A DNA stretch of 64,000 nt from an uncultured Actinomycetota bacterium (lineage in GTDB: Bacteria > Actinomycetota > Actinomycetes > JACCUZ01): assembly GCA_963839955.1 (NCBI GenBank), contig CAWIXB010000001.1, positions 1,154,826 to 1,218,825 on the forward strand. Reading direction: 5' to 3'. Both the position numbers and the translations under genes were made by a program. Below, one piece after another: positions 41,515 to 51,551 of the stretch (its first letter is position 1; each line of letters opens with the position of its first letter). The notes under the pieces were generated by a model. It ran no database searches. It saw only the letters and a program-made list of their open reading frames with translations, and had not been told where the DNA came from.

Positions 41515-44007
41515 ATGGCCACCCGTACGCCCACGCGTCCGCGCGGCGGCACGACCCGTGCCTCCGGGCGCGGGACCACCGCTCGCAACCCGCGCCGGAC
41601 TCCGGCCCGGGGGCGCAAGCCCGCGCGCCGGCAGCCAGCACGCCGCGTCAGCACGCCCGGCGGCGCGCTGGCGCGAGGGATCGGCCACCTGCTGCGGGGT
41701 CTATGGCTCGGCATCGCGCACCTGGTGGGCGGGCTCGCGCGGCGCATCGGCAGCAGCGCGCGTGAGCTCGACCCGGCGCACCGCCGGGACGGCCTCGGAT
41801 TGGCCCTGATCGGGCTCGCGACCGTCGTCGCCGCCGTGGAGTGGTGGAGCCTGCAAGGACCGGTCGGCCAGGTCATCCACGCCGTGGTCGCCGGGACCTT
41901 CGGCCGGGTCGCCCTCGTCGTCCCGCTCGTCCTCCTCGGCCTGGGAGTCCGCCTGCTGCGCCACCCCGAGGACGCCCAGGACCGCGGCCGCATCGGCATC
42001 GGGCTCGGCGCCCTGACTCTCGCCACCGTCGGTCTGGTGCACATCTCCCGCGGGCTGCCCGATCCGAGCCAGGGTGCCCTCGACATGCGCGACGCCGGCG
42101 GGGTGCTGGGCTTCCTCGTCTCCTCGCCTCTGGTCACCGCGGTCACGGCCTACGTGGCCGTGCCGTTGCTCGTCCTGCTCGGCCTGTTCGGCCTGCTCGT
42201 GGTCACGGCCACCCCTGTGCACGCGGTGCCCGCGCGCGCCAAGGCCGCGCTCGGCCGGCTGCTGCACCGCTCCTCGGAACAGGAGGCTGCCGACGAGTCG
42301 GAGGAGACACCGGAAGAAGTGGAGGCGCCGACCGGTCTGCGCCGGCACCGCCCCCGCCGCCGGCAAGCCACCATGACCGACACAGGGCCGGTGGACGAGA
42401 GCCATGACAGCCCGGCGTCAGCGATCGACCGCGGGCGCGCGAAGCCGGGGACGACGGTCGGGCCCGACGCCGCCGAGGCGCCGACGCCTCCGCCGCACAC
42501 GCCGATGCCCGCACGCGTCGAGCAGCTGTTGCTCTCCGGTGACGTGACCTACTCGCTGCCGCCTTCCGATGTGCTGCGTGACGGGTCTGCCCACAAGACC
42601 CGCACTCGGGCCAACGACGCGGTGGTCGAGTCGCTCACCGAGGTGCTCGAGCAGTTCGACATCGACGCGCGGGTCACCGGCTTCACCCGGGGCCCGACGG
42701 TCACGCGATACGAGGTCGGCCTCGGTCAGGGCGTCAAGGTCGAGCGCGTCACCGCCCTGTCGAAGAACATCTCCTACGCCGTCGCCAGCGCCGACGTGCG
42801 CATCCTCTCGCCGATCCCCGGGAAGTCGGCCATCGGCATCGAGATCCCCAACATCGACCGCGAGACGGTGAGCCTCGGCGACGTGCTGCGCTCGAGCAAC
42901 GCCCGCGCTGACCACCACCCGATGACGGTCGGTCTCGGCAAGGACGTCGAGGGCGGATTCGTCATCGCCAACCTCGCGAAATTGCCCCACCTGCTGGTTG
43001 CCGGTGCGACCGGTTCCGGCAAGTCGAGCTGCATCAACACCCTGATCACCTCGATCATGCTGCGCGCCACACCCGACGAGGTGCGCATGGTGCTCGTCGA
43101 CCCGAAGCGGGTCGAGCTCACGGCGTACGAAGGCATCCCGCACCTGATCACGCCCATCATCACCAACCCGAAGAAGGCGGCCGAGGCGCTGCAGTGGGTC
43201 GTCCGCGAGATGGACATGCGCTACGACGACCTCGCGGCATTCGGCTTCCGTCACGTCGACGACTTCAACCGGGCGGTGCGCGCCGGCTCGGTGAAGCCGC
43301 CACCCGGGAGCGAACGCGTGCTCTCGCCCTATCCCTACCTGCTCGTCGTGGTCGACGAGCTCGCCGACCTCATGATGATCTCCCCACGCGACGTCGAGGA
43401 CGCGATCGTCCGCATCACCCAGCTGGCGCGCGCTGCCGGCATCCACCTGGTGCTGGCCACCCAGCGGCCGTCGGTCGACGTCGTGACCGGTCTCATCAAG
43501 GCCAACGTGCCGGCCCGGCTTGCTTTCGCGACGTCGAGCCTGGCCGACAGCCGGGTCATCCTCGACCAGCCGGGCGCGGAGAAGCTCGTCGGCCAGGGCG
43601 ATGCGCTCTTCCTGCCCATGGGCGCGAACAAGGCGATGCGACTCCAGGGCGCATGGGTGACCGAGCCCGAGATCGTGTCGGTCGTCAAGCACTGCAAGGA
43701 ACAGCTCCAACCCACCTATCGCGACGACGTCACGGCCGCGGCCACCACCCGGCGCGAGATCGACGAGGAGATCGGCGACGATCTCGACCTGCTCTGCCAG
43801 GCCGCCGAGCTCGTGGTGACGACGCAGTTCGGCTCGACATCGATGCTCCAGCGCAAGCTGCGGGTCGGCTTCGCCAAGGCGGGCAGGCTGATGGACCTGA
43901 TGGAGAGCCGGGGAGTCGTCGGGCCCAGTGAGGGATCCAAGGCGCGCGACGTCCTGGTCAAGCCCGACGAGCTCGACGACCTGCTCGGCACCATCCGAGG
44001 GCATTGA
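41515..44007 (+). CDS. ftsK: DNA translocase FtsK/SpoIIIE
   Basis: N-terminal TM segments, a Pro/Arg-rich linker, Walker A LLVAGATGSGKSS, Walker B LLVVVDELADLMM, and a C-terminal gamma winged-helix domain. Start uncertain (in-frame GTGs at 41464, 41473, 41491 and ATG 41515). Confidence 0.9.
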   Translation: MATRTPTRPRGGTTRASGRGTTARNPRRTPARGRKPARRQPARRVSTPGGALARGIGHLLRGLWLGIAHLVGGLARRIGSSARELDPAHRRDGLGLALIGLATVVAAVEWWSLQGPVGQVIHAVVAGTFGRVALVVPLVLLGLGVRLLRHPEDAQDRGRIGIGLGALTLATVGLVHISRGLPDPSQGALDMRDAGGVLGFLVSSPLVTAVTAYVAVPLLVLLGLFGLLVVTATPVHAVPARAKAALGRLLHRSSEQEAADESEETPEEVEAPTGLRRHRPRRRQATMTDTGPVDESHDSPASAIDRGRAKPGTTVGPDAAEAPTPPPHTPMPARVEQLLLSGDVTYSLPPSDVLRDGSAHKTRTRANDAVVESLTEVLEQFDIDARVTGFTRGPTVTRYEVGLGQGVKVERVTALSKNISYAVASADVRILSPIPGKSAIGIEIPNIDRETVSLGDVLRSSNARADHHPMTVGLGKDVEGGFVIANLAKLPHLLVAGATGSGKSSCINTLITSIMLRATPDEVRMVLVDPKRVELTAYEGIPHLITPIITNPKKAAEALQWVVREMDMRYDDLAAFGFRHVDDFNRAVRAGSVKPPPGSERVLSPYPYLLVVVDELADLMMISPRDVEDAIVRITQLARAAGIHLVLATQRPSVDVVTGLIKANVPARLAFATSSLADSRVILDQPGAEKLVGQGDALFLPMGANKAMRLQGAWVTEPEIVSVVKHCKEQLQPTYRDDVTAAATTRREIDEEIGDDLDLLCQAAELVVTTQFGSTSMLQRKLRVGFAKAGRLMDLMESRGVVGPSEGSKARDVLVKPDELDDLLGTIRGH

Positions 44008-44146
44008 CCGAACCGACCACTCGTTGCCGCACTGTGATCATCGGGCGTGGCCTGTGCAGGCCAGGGGGCCCATAGAATGAAGTCTCCGCCGTTCGTCCCT
44101 CAACCAGCCTCCGCGTGCCTTCGCGGCGGCGCGGGAAGGCTAGCTC

Positions 44147-44896
44147 GTGTCCATAGGTCAGGCGCTCGCCGAGGCTCGTGAGAGCCGCGGTCTCTCGGTC
44201 CTGGACGTCGCCTCGGCGACCCGGATCAGGCGGACGCTGATCGACGCGATCGAGGCCGACGACTTCGCCGCCTGCGGGGGCGACTTCTACGCTCGCGGCC
44301 ACATCCGCAGCATTGCCAGCGTCGTGGGGATCGACCCGGCACCGTTGCTGGCCGAGTTCGACATGTGGCAGGCCGCGCCGGCGCCCAGGCCGACCGAGGC
44401 CGTCTTCGAACCCGCGACGTCCCCGCGTTTCGACCGCCGGGGCCCCAACTGGAGCGCGGCCATGGCCGCTGCGCTCGTGGTCGTCCTCGTCTACGGCGCC
44501 GCCCAGGCGATCAACAGCCTCACCGACAACGAAGGGTCCCCGTCCGCCGACTCGTCGCCGAGCGCCTCGGCGCCCGCGCAGTCGGCGAAGCCGAGCACGC
44601 CGGCGCCCTCGCCCACCGCGGTCGCACAGGCCCCCCGCAACAAGGTGACCGTGGTGCTGCGCGCGCGCGACCTCAGCTGGGTACAGGCCACGACCGCCAG
44701 CGGCAAGGAGCTTTTCCAAGGGCTCGTCCAGAAGGGCGAGCGCAAGACGTTCACCGACAAGCAGCGGGTGCGGCTGGTTGTCGGCGACGCGGGCGCGGTG
44801 GTGCTGACCGTCAACGGGACCCCGGTAGGTTCGCCGGGGCGTAGTGGCCAGGTGGCCAGGGTGCAGTTCACCCGGCAGGATCCGACGGGCGGCTGA
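44147..44896 (+). CDS. Helix-turn-helix (XRE-like) domain protein with TM segment and C-terminal DUF4115 (RodZ-like)
   Basis: N-terminal HTH (IGQALAEARESRGLSVLDVASATRI), a single TM (MAAALVVVLVYG), an S/P/A-rich linker and a DUF4115-like C-terminus. Confidence 0.75.
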   Translation: MSIGQALAEARESRGLSVLDVASATRIRRTLIDAIEADDFAACGGDFYARGHIRSIASVVGIDPAPLLAEFDMWQAAPAPRPTEAVFEPATSPRFDRRGPNWSAAMAAALVVVLVYGAAQAINSLTDNEGSPSADSSPSASAPAQSAKPSTPAPSPTAVAQAPRNKVTVVLRARDLSWVQATTASGKELFQGLVQKGERKTFTDKQRVRLVVGDAGAVVLTVNGTPVGSPGRSGQVARVQFTRQDPTGG

Positions 44897-44970
44897 CCGG
44901 CGGCTGACTGGCGGTATCGCAGGTGAGTGCGCGCCCGATGCCACCATCCGCCACGCACCACCTCGCTGCC

Positions 44971-45254
44971 GCAAGATCGCAGCCGGGCCCCACAAGAGCA
45001 ACTGCCTTGGGGTGAGGGCAACGGTTCTGAGCGGGCGACCCGGTGGACCGGTCAGGCTTTGTGGGGCCGGGTTGCGATCACCAGGACTACCGCACGGTGG
45101 CGGGGGTGGCTACGCCGGCCGGTCTCGGCGCCTGCTCCGCCTCGCGGGGAGGATCGACTGACGACAGACCGCAGTCGCGAGTTGCGGAGCTGCGGACCGT
45201 TCATCGCACCGCTCCTCCGCAGCCCGACGGCTTGTGGGGCCGGGTTGCGATCTT
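44971..45254. repeat. Three copies of an approximately 24-bp motif (cttgtggggcc[c]gg[g/c]ttgcgatctt) in noncoding DNA: one inverted (44971-44996) and two direct (45057-45079, 45231-45254)
   Basis: Copies B and C are identical over 21 nt. The reverse complement of copy A matches 22/24. A and B form an inverted pair 60 bp apart. The surrounding 510-bp region has low GC3 in all frames (noncoding). Confidence 0.85.
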
Positions 45255-45409
45255 CGGTCTTGGTGGAGGGGCGACCGTCGCCCCGGAAGCATGTTTGGGC
45301 CGTACAGGGGGCCAAGAAGTACGACGCAACGCCGATTCGGGCGGCTCCAGCGTCTGCCGGGCGCCATTGCGTCGTCTTTTCCGCACCACCCGCCAATTAG
45401 GCTGACGAC

Positions 45410-46828
45410 ATGCCGCCCTCCGAGCCTCCGGGCCGTCGCGTCGCCCTGGTGACCCTGGGCTGCGCGCGCAACGAGGTCGACTCCGAGGAACTTGCCGGGC
45501 GGCTGGCCGCTGACGGGTGGCAGCTCGTCGACGACGCGGACGAGGCGGACATCGCCGTCGTGAACACCTGCGGGTTCGTCGACGCCGCGAAGAAGGACTC
45601 GATCGACACCGTGCTGGTCGCCGCCGACGCGAAGGGCGGGGGACGCACGAAGGCTGTGGTCGCGGTGGGCTGCCTCGCCGAGCGCTACGGCGAGCAGCTG
45701 GCTGCGGAGCTGCCGGAAGCCGACGCGGTGCTCGGCTTCGACGACTACGCCGACATCTCGGCCCGTCTTCAGTCGGTGCTCGCCGGCGACCACCATGTGC
45801 CGCACGTGCCGAATGACCGGCGTGCCCTGCTGCCGTTGGCACCTCTCGAGCGGCAGCCGACGATCGACCCGCTGCCCGAGGGCGTGGCGCCCGCGTCCGG
45901 GCCGCGACCGATGCGCATGCGCCTCGGCGACGGGCCCGTGGCGCCACTCAAACTCGCGTCGGGCTGCGACCGACGCTGCTCGTTCTGCGCCATCCCCTCC
46001 TTCCGCGGCGCCTTCGTGTCGCGCCGGCCCTCCGACGTGCTGACCGAGGCCCGGTGGCTCGCGGAGCACGGAGCCCGCGAGCTCGTCCTGGTCAGCGAGA
46101 ATTCCACGTCGTACGGCAAAGACCTCGGCGACCTCCGCCTGCTCGAGACGCTGCTGCCCGAGATCGCCGCGGTCGAGGGTGTGGACCGGGTGCGGGTGAG
46201 CTATCTCCAGCCGGCCGAGATGCGACCCGGGCTGGTCGAGGTGATGACGGGGACGCCAGGAGTCGCGCCGTACTTCGACCTCTCGTTCCAGCACGCCAGC
46301 GGCCCGGTGCTGCGGCGTATGCGCCGCTTCGGTGACGGCGCCCGCTTCCTCGACCTGGTCGCGCAGATCAGGGCGGGTGACCCGCTCGCCGGCATCCGCT
46401 CGAACGTCATCGTCGGGTTTCCCGGCGAGACCGAGGCCGACGTCGCCGAGCTCGAGTCCTTCCTCGAGGGTGCCCGGCTCGACGCGATCGGCGTCTTCGG
46501 CTACTCCGACGAGGACGGCACCGAGGCAGCGTCCCTCGACGGCAAGCACGACGCCGCCGAGGTGCGGGCCCGGACCGAGCAGGTGACCCGGCTCGCCGAC
46601 GAGCTCGTCGCGCAGCGGGCCGAGGACCGGGTGGGGGAGGTCCTCGACGTGCTGGTCGAGACGGGCGACGGCCCCGACGGTCCGGCCGAGGGGCGGGCGG
46701 CCCACCAGGCGCCCGAGGTCGACGGCAGTACGACGCTGCGCGGCGCGGTGCCAGGTGTCGGGCACCTGGTGCGCGCCCGGGTGTCCACGAGCGACGGCGC
46801 CGACCTGGTCGCCGAGGTGCTCGGGTGA
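45410..46828 (+). CDS. rimO: Ribosomal protein S12 methylthiotransferase (radical SAM, MiaB family)
   Basis: N-terminal MTTase Cys triad ([11 protein letters not shown]...NTCGF), radical-SAM CxxxCxxC ([12 protein letters not shown]), and a C-terminal TRAM domain. Confidence 0.9.
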   Translation: MPPSEPPGRRVALVTLGCARNEVDSEELAGRLAADGWQLVDDADEADIAVVNTCGFVDAAKKDSIDTVLVAADAKGGGRTKAVVAVGCLAERYGEQLAAELPEADAVLGFDDYADISARLQSVLAGDHHVPHVPNDRRALLPLAPLERQPTIDPLPEGVAPASGPRPMRMRLGDGPVAPLKLASGCDRRCSFCAIPSFRGAFVSRRPSDVLTEARWLAEHGARELVLVSENSTSYGKDLGDLRLLETLLPEIAAVEGVDRVRVSYLQPAEMRPGLVEVMTGTPGVAPYFDLSFQHASGPVLRRMRRFGDGARFLDLVAQIRAGDPLAGIRSNVIVGFPGETEADVAELESFLEGARLDAIGVFGYSDEDGTEAASLDGKHDAAEVRARTEQVTRLADELVAQRAEDRVGEVLDVLVETGDGPDGPAEGRAAHQAPEVDGSTTLRGAVPGVGHLVRARVSTSDGADLVAEVLG

Positions 46829-47481
46829 GCCGACCGATGCGTCCGGCGGGTGACTTCACCCGTCCGGTCAGCCCCTGGAACATCGCCAACGCGCTCACCC
46901 TGCTGCGCCTCGCGCTCGTCCCGGTGTTCCTGGTGCTGCTGCTGCACGCCGACGGCGACGAGACCGTGTGGCGGGTCGTTGCTTGCATCACCTTCGGGGT
47001 GGCGTCGGTCACCGATCGGATCGACGGCGAGATCGCCCGCCGTCGCGGTCTGGTTACCGACTTCGGCAAGATCGCCGACCCCATCGCCGACAAGGCGTTG
47101 ACCGGGGCGGCACTGGTGGGGCTGTCGCTGCTCGACGAGCTGCCCTGGTGGGTCACCGTCATCGTCCTGGTGCGCGAGATCGGCGTGACCCTGTTGCGGT
47201 TCTTCGTGATCCGGCACGGCGTCATGCCGGCGAGCCGGGGCGGCAAGCTCAAGACCCTGGTGCAGGCGCTCGCGATCGGGTTGCTCGTGCTGCCGCTCAC
47301 CGGGGCGCTGCACACGGTCGCCGAAGTGGTCATGGGCCTCGCCGTCCTGGTGACCGTGGTGACGGGTGTGGACTACGTGCTGCGCGCGCTGCGGCTGCGC
47401 CGTACGAGCGAGCGCGCGGCCATGAAGCGGGCCCGCGCTCGCGCCCGGCGCGGCGAGAGCGTGCCGTCGGACCCGTCGTGA
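46825..47481 (+). CDS. pgsA: CDP-diacylglycerol--glycerol-3-phosphate 3-phosphatidyltransferase
   Basis: CDP-alcohol phosphatidyltransferase motif [27 protein letters not shown]. Overlaps the rimO stop. Confidence 0.88.
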   Translation: MSRPMRPAGDFTRPVSPWNIANALTLLRLALVPVFLVLLLHADGDETVWRVVACITFGVASVTDRIDGEIARRRGLVTDFGKIADPIADKALTGAALVGLSLLDELPWWVTVIVLVREIGVTLLRFFVIRHGVMPASRGGKLKTLVQALAIGLLVLPLTGALHTVAEVVMGLAVLVTVVTGVDYVLRALRLRRTSERAAMKRARARARRGESVPSDPS

Positions 47482-47999
47482 CCGGCGACGCACCCGCCCG
47501 CCTGGCCGAGACGATCCACCGGTTGTTGCGCGACGAGGGCGCCACGGTCTCGGTCGCCGAGTCGCTCACCGGCGGCCTCCTTGGTGCTGCGCTCACCGAC
47601 CCGGCCGGGGCGTCTGCCACCTTCCGGGGCGGTGTGCTCGCCTACGCGAGCGACCTCAAGGTCGCGCTGCTCGGTGTGGATCCGGTGCTGCTGGAGCGTC
47701 ACGGGGCAGTCCATCCGGAGGTGGCGCTGGCGATGGCCGCCGGCGTGCGCGAGCGGCTTGCCACGACGTACGGGCTGGCGACCACCGGCGTGGCCGGGCC
47801 GGACCCGCAGGACGGGCAACCGCCGGGCACCGTCTTCGTCGCGGTCGCCGGACCCCGCGACCTCGCGGTCGTTGCCGCTCACCGGTTCGACGGCCTGGAC
47901 CGCGCAGCGGTGCGTGCGGCGAGCGTGGCGGCGGCGCTCGACCTGCTGGGCGCGGCCCTGGCCGACCGGGCCGCGGAGAACCGGAACACCGGGGTTTGA
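47478..47999 (+). CDS. CinA-family C-terminal domain protein (nicotinamide-nucleotide amidohydrolase PncC-like)
   Basis: The [24 protein letters not shown] motif is typical of the CinA C-terminal domain. pgsA-cinA-clgR synteny as in mycobacteria. Confidence 0.85.
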   Translation: MTGDAPARLAETIHRLLRDEGATVSVAESLTGGLLGAALTDPAGASATFRGGVLAYASDLKVALLGVDPVLLERHGAVHPEVALAMAAGVRERLATTYGLATTGVAGPDPQDGQPPGTVFVAVAGPRDLAVVAAHRFDGLDRAAVRAASVAAALDLLGAALADRAAENRNTGV

Positions 48000-48024
48000 T
48001 TACAGCGTTACACTCGTACCCACA

Positions 48025-48042
48025 TGCGGCGCGTCTGCCGCA
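48025..48042. promoter_or_regulatory. Perfect 6-6-6 palindrome tgcggc-gcgtct-gccgca upstream of clgR (candidate operator)
   Basis: Seen directly, about 70 bp upstream of the clgR start. ClgR-family regulators are autoregulatory and bind GC-rich palindromes in other actinobacteria. Confidence 0.3.
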
Positions 48043-48112
48043 GCCACCGTCGGTGGGCTGGAGTAGGTTGGGCGCACCACGAGGGCGGACGCCGGAGAGG
48101 GAGGAGAGCGTC

Positions 48113-48412
48113 ATGATCCTGATCCGACGACTGCTGGGCGCCGTGCTCCGCGAGCACCGCCAGGCGCAGGGCCGCACGCTGCGCGAGGTCTCCTCCGCGG
48201 CGCGCGTCTCGCTCGGCTACCTCTCCGAGGTGGAGCGCGGCCAGAAGGAAGCGTCCTCCGAGCTGCTCAGCTCGATCTGCGTGGCCCTCGACCTCCCGCT
48301 CTCCGAGGTCATGCGCGACGTGAGTGACCAGCTCGCCGAGGCCGAGGGCCTCGCGGTGATGAGCCCCGCGGCGCCGGTCGGCCCGATGCACGTCACCAAC
48401 GTCGCCGCCTGA
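48113..48412 (+). CDS. clgR: XRE-family HTH transcriptional regulator ClgR (Clp gene regulator)
   Basis: [47 protein letters not shown] matches ClgR closely. Strong RBS GAGGGAGGAGAG. Conserved position after pgsA/cinA. Confidence 0.88.
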   Translation: MILIRRLLGAVLREHRQAQGRTLREVSSAARVSLGYLSEVERGQKEASSELLSSICVALDLPLSEVMRDVSDQLAEAEGLAVMSPAAPVGPMHVTNVAA

Positions 48413-49211
48413 TCGAGGTCGGCGCCGGCCCCGGCTGGCAGGTGGGGCACCAGTAGGTCACCCGGTCGTACGGCGCGGCTCCTTGTGCCGCAGTCTGTAT
48501 CGCTGTGCGGCACCGCCGGCACGGCTGGCCCGCCCGTTCGTACACCCAGTGCTTCTGGCCGCGCCGGTTGACGCCGGTGGTCACCTGCCACGGGTGGTCG
48601 CGGTTGGTCAGCAGCAGTCGCTGGGCCCGGTCGACGACGGCACCGAGGTCGGGCACCTCGCCGACCGGGCGCCATGGAGACAGGCCGGCGAGGAACAGCG
48701 TCTCGACCTTGTAGAGGTTGCCGATGCCGGCCAGGTTGCGTTGGTCGAGCAGCGACTGGCCGATCTCACGTTCGGGCCGGTCTCTGAGTCGGCGTAGCGC
48801 CTCGTCGCGATCCCAGTCGGGACCGAGCAGATCCGGACCGAGGTGGCCGACCGCGTTGCCCTCCTCGTCGCGGCGCAGCAGCTCGACCACGGGCAGCCGG
48901 TAGCCCACCGCCTGCCACGACTCGGTCTCGAGCAGGAGCCGCACCTGCCAGGCAGGACCGCCCTTCCACCGCTCGCCGTGCCGGTAGAGGTGCCACGACC
49001 CGTCCATCCGGAAGTGCGTGTGCAGCGTGAGGTCGTCGCCGACGCGGAAGAGCAGGTGCTTGCCGCGGCTGACCACCTCGACGACCTCGCGCCCGGCGAG
49101 GTCGACGGTTGCCAGTGCCGGCACCCGGAAGTCGCTGCGGGTGAGCCGGTGGCCCGCGAGCGCCTGGTGGAGCCGGCTGCCGGCCAGCCAGACCGTGTCT
49201 CCCTCGGGCAT
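48393..49211 (-). CDS. nei: Fpg/Nei-family DNA glycosylase (endonuclease VIII-like, Nei2-like)
   Basis: N-terminal MPEGDTV with catalytic Pro2/Glu3, H2TH motif ([20 protein letters not shown]), and a C-terminal zinc finger (CRRC...CPTC). Its 3' end overlaps clgR by 20 bp, convergent. Confidence 0.88.
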   Translation of the reverse strand: MPEGDTVWLAGSRLHQALAGHRLTRSDFRVPALATVDLAGREVVEVVSRGKHLLFRVGDDLTLHTHFRMDGSWHLYRHGERWKGGPAWQVRLLLETESWQAVGYRLPVVELLRRDEEGNAVGHLGPDLLGPDWDRDEALRRLRDRPEREIGQSLLDQRNLAGIGNLYKVETLFLAGLSPWRPVGEVPDLGAVVDRAQRLLLTNRDHPWQVTTGVNRRGQKHWVYERAGQPCRRCRTAIQTAAQGAAPYDRVTYWCPTCQPGPAPTSIRRRRW

Positions 49212-49266
49212 GTGTTCGTCCTACCCCATCACCGATGCGCGCTCGTCGTCCCGGCAGGATGTCCCC

Positions 49267-49806
49267 ATGGCAGGCATCGTGGTCCGCGCGGGACTCCGCG
49301 ACGACGTGCCGGCGCTGACCGACGTCTACAACCACTACGTCGCGACCACCGCGTCGACGTTCGACGTCGAGACCTTCACGGCGGACGAGCGGCTTCAGTG
49401 GTTCGGCCACTACGCCGAGTCCGGGCCGTACCGGCTGCTCGTCGCGGAGGACGAGACCGGGCTGCTGGGCTACGCCACGAGCAGCCGCTTCCGGGCCAAG
49501 CGCGCCTACGACACGTCGGTGGAGACCACCCTCTACCTCGCGCCGGAGGTGACCGGTCGCGGTGTCGGCAGTCACCTGTACACGACGCTGTTCGACGTCC
49601 TGGTCGACGAGAAGCTGCACCGGGCCTACGCCGGTGTGGCGCTGCCCAACGACGCCTCGGTCCGGCTGCATCGCAAGTTCGGGTTCCGCGAGATCGGCAC
49701 GTACGCCGAGGTGGGCCGCAAGTTCGGCCGCTGGTGGGACGTCCGGTGGTTCGAGAAGGCCCTGCCGTCCGATCGGACTCTGCCGTCCGAGAGGGGACCC
49801 ACATGA
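49267..49806 (+). CDS. GNAT-family N-acetyltransferase (phosphinothricin-acetyltransferase-like)
   Basis: RAGLRDDVPALTDVYNHYV...TFDVE and RGVGSHLYTTLF motifs typical of PAT/YncA-type GNATs. Confidence 0.8.
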   Translation: MAGIVVRAGLRDDVPALTDVYNHYVATTASTFDVETFTADERLQWFGHYAESGPYRLLVAEDETGLLGYATSSRFRAKRAYDTSVETTLYLAPEVTGRGVGSHLYTTLFDVLVDEKLHRAYAGVALPNDASVRLHRKFGFREIGTYAEVGRKFGRWWDVRWFEKALPSDRTLPSERGPT

Positions 49807-50561
49807 GCGAGCTCCCCGACGGCGCGGTCGTCGTGACGGGCGGCAGCCGAGGCATCGGCGCGGCGACGGCGGTCTGGGTCGCCGCCCGCGGCCGGCCGGT
49901 CTGCGTGGGCTACCGCACGCGTGCCGACGCAGCCAGCGAGGTGGTGGAGGCGTGCGAGGCCCTGGGCGTGCGTGCCGTTGCGACGCAGGTGGACGTGTCG
50001 GTGGAGGCCGACGTGGTCGCACTTTTCGCGATGGCCAGGGAGCGGCTGGGTCCGGTCACCGGGCTGGTCAACAACGCGGGCATCGTCGACCAGCAGTGCC
50101 GGGTGGCCGACGTGACCGCGGCCAGGCTGGAGCGGATGCTCGCCGTCAACGTGCTCGGGTCCTTCCTCTGCGCCCGCGAAGGGGTCCGGCTGATGTCACG
50201 TGCGCACGGCGGCGACGGCGGGAGCATCGTCAACGTTTCCTCGCGGGCGGCCGCGCTCGGCTCTCCCGGCGAGTACGTCGACTATGCGGCCAGCAAGGCG
50301 GCGGTGGACACGCTCACGATCGGTCTGTCGAAGGAGGTGGCCGCCGAGGGCGTCCGGGTCAACTGCGTGCGGCCGGGGCTGATCGAGACCGAGATCCACG
50401 CGAGCGGTGGCGAGCCCGGGCGGGTGCAGCGCATGCGGGGCTCGGTGCCGATGGGACGCGGAGGACGCGCGGAAGAGGTCGCCGACGCGATCGGGTGGCT
50501 GCTCTCGACCGAGGCGTCCTATGTCACCGGCGCCATCGTCGACGTCTCCGGCGGCCGCTGA
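49803..50561 (+). CDS. SDR-family short-chain dehydrogenase/reductase
   Basis: TGGSRGIGAATA (TGxxxGxG), NNAG, and catalytic YAASKAAVD (YxxxK). The ATG overlaps the upstream stop. Confidence 0.88.
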   Translation: MSELPDGAVVVTGGSRGIGAATAVWVAARGRPVCVGYRTRADAASEVVEACEALGVRAVATQVDVSVEADVVALFAMARERLGPVTGLVNNAGIVDQQCRVADVTAARLERMLAVNVLGSFLCAREGVRLMSRAHGGDGGSIVNVSSRAAALGSPGEYVDYAASKAAVDTLTIGLSKEVAAEGVRVNCVRPGLIETEIHASGGEPGRVQRMRGSVPMGRGGRAEEVADAIGWLLSTEASYVTGAIVDVSGGR

Positions 50562-50616
50562 TGTCACCCGGAAGCGGCTCGACAACGACGTCCCCACTCG
50601 GGCAGGGTCAGGCGGC

Positions 50617-51009
50617 ATGAGCCTGCGCATCCAAGCCCTCGACATCGACACCCGCGATCCCCGCGCGATCGCGTCGTTCTGGGAAGCCGCGCTGGGCTGG
50701 CGTCGTACGTTCGAGGAAGCCGACGAGGTGGTATTGGAACCGCCCGCCGGCAGCCCCGAGGACGGCGTGGCGCCCGACCTGCTGTTCCTGCGCGTGCCCG
50801 AGGACAAGCCCCCGCACAAGAACCGCCTGCACCTCGACCTGCGTCCGGACGGCGACCAGCTGGCTGAGGTGGCGCGGCTCGAAGGGCTGGGCGCGAAGCG
50901 GGTCTCGGTCGGCCAGGGCGACGACGTCAGCTGGGTCGTGATGGCCGACCCCGACGGCAACGAGTTCTGCGTGCTGCGGGTCCTCACCGCCGAGGAGAAA
51001 GCACAGTGA
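50617..51009 (+). CDS. VOC-family (glyoxalase/bleomycin-resistance fold) protein
   Basis: Size 130 aa. The HLDL...DPDGNEFCV pattern is typical of the VOC fold. Confidence 0.7.
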   Translation: MSLRIQALDIDTRDPRAIASFWEAALGWRRTFEEADEVVLEPPAGSPEDGVAPDLLFLRVPEDKPPHKNRLHLDLRPDGDQLAEVARLEGLGAKRVSVGQGDDVSWVVMADPDGNEFCVLRVLTAEEKAQ

Positions 51010-51551
51010 CCGACCGCGGTATCGTGCCCGACACGAAGGACTGGACCTGGGTGCTGGAACGGCCCTGTGCCGAGTGCGGCTTCGTCGCCGACGCGCTCGA
51101 CCGTGCCGACGTCCCGGCTCTGCTGCGGCGTACGAGCGAGGAGTGGGTGAGCGTGCTGGCTCGCCAGGACATCGGTATGCGTCCGTCGCCCGCGGTCTGG
51201 TCACCGTTGGAGTACGCCTGCCACGTCCGCGACGTGTTCGTGGTCTTCGACGAGCGGGTCCAGTTGATGCTGACCCGCGACGACCCGCAGTTCGCCAACT
51301 GGGACCAGGACACCACCGCGGTCGAGTCAGCGTACGGCGAGCAGGATGCTGCCGATGTCGCGCGCGCCCTGCAGGTTGCCGGCACCGTGCTCGCGGACCG
51401 GTTCGCGGCCGTGACCGACGAGCAGTGGTCTCGAGCCGGCCTCCGCAGCGACGGTGCGCGCTTCACCGTCGAGTCGATCGGGCGCTACCTCGCGCACGAC
51501 GACGTCCACCACCTCGTCGACGTCGGCGCGCGAGAGAAGGCCTCGACGTGA
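51006..51551 (+). CDS. DinB_2 / mycothiol-dependent maleylpyruvate-isomerase N-terminal-domain family protein
   Basis: WSPLEYACHVRDVFVVFDERV...YLAHDDVHHLVDV His-containing motifs match this family. GTGA overlap with the VOC gene. Confidence 0.7.
   Translation: MTDRGIVPDTKDWTWVLERPCAECGFVADALDRADVPALLRRTSEEWVSVLARQDIGMRPSPAVWSPLEYACHVRDVFVVFDERVQLMLTRDDPQFANWDQDTTAVESAYGEQDAADVARALQVAGTVLADRFAAVTDEQWSRAGLRSDGARFTVESIGRYLAHDDVHHLVDVGAREKAST

Noticed and set aside
44049-44062. ggcctgtgcaggcc palindrome after ftsK as an intrinsic terminator
   Set aside because: The stem is short with a minimal loop and no U-tract follows. It may be coincidental in GC-rich DNA, so it is kept only as a weak possibility.
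44844-45405. Plus-strand ORFs of 105-157 aa in the ftsK/rodZ-rimO spacer
   Set aside because: Third-position GC is far below that of neighbouring genes and there are frequent rare codons. The region is better explained as repeat-bearing noncoding DNA.
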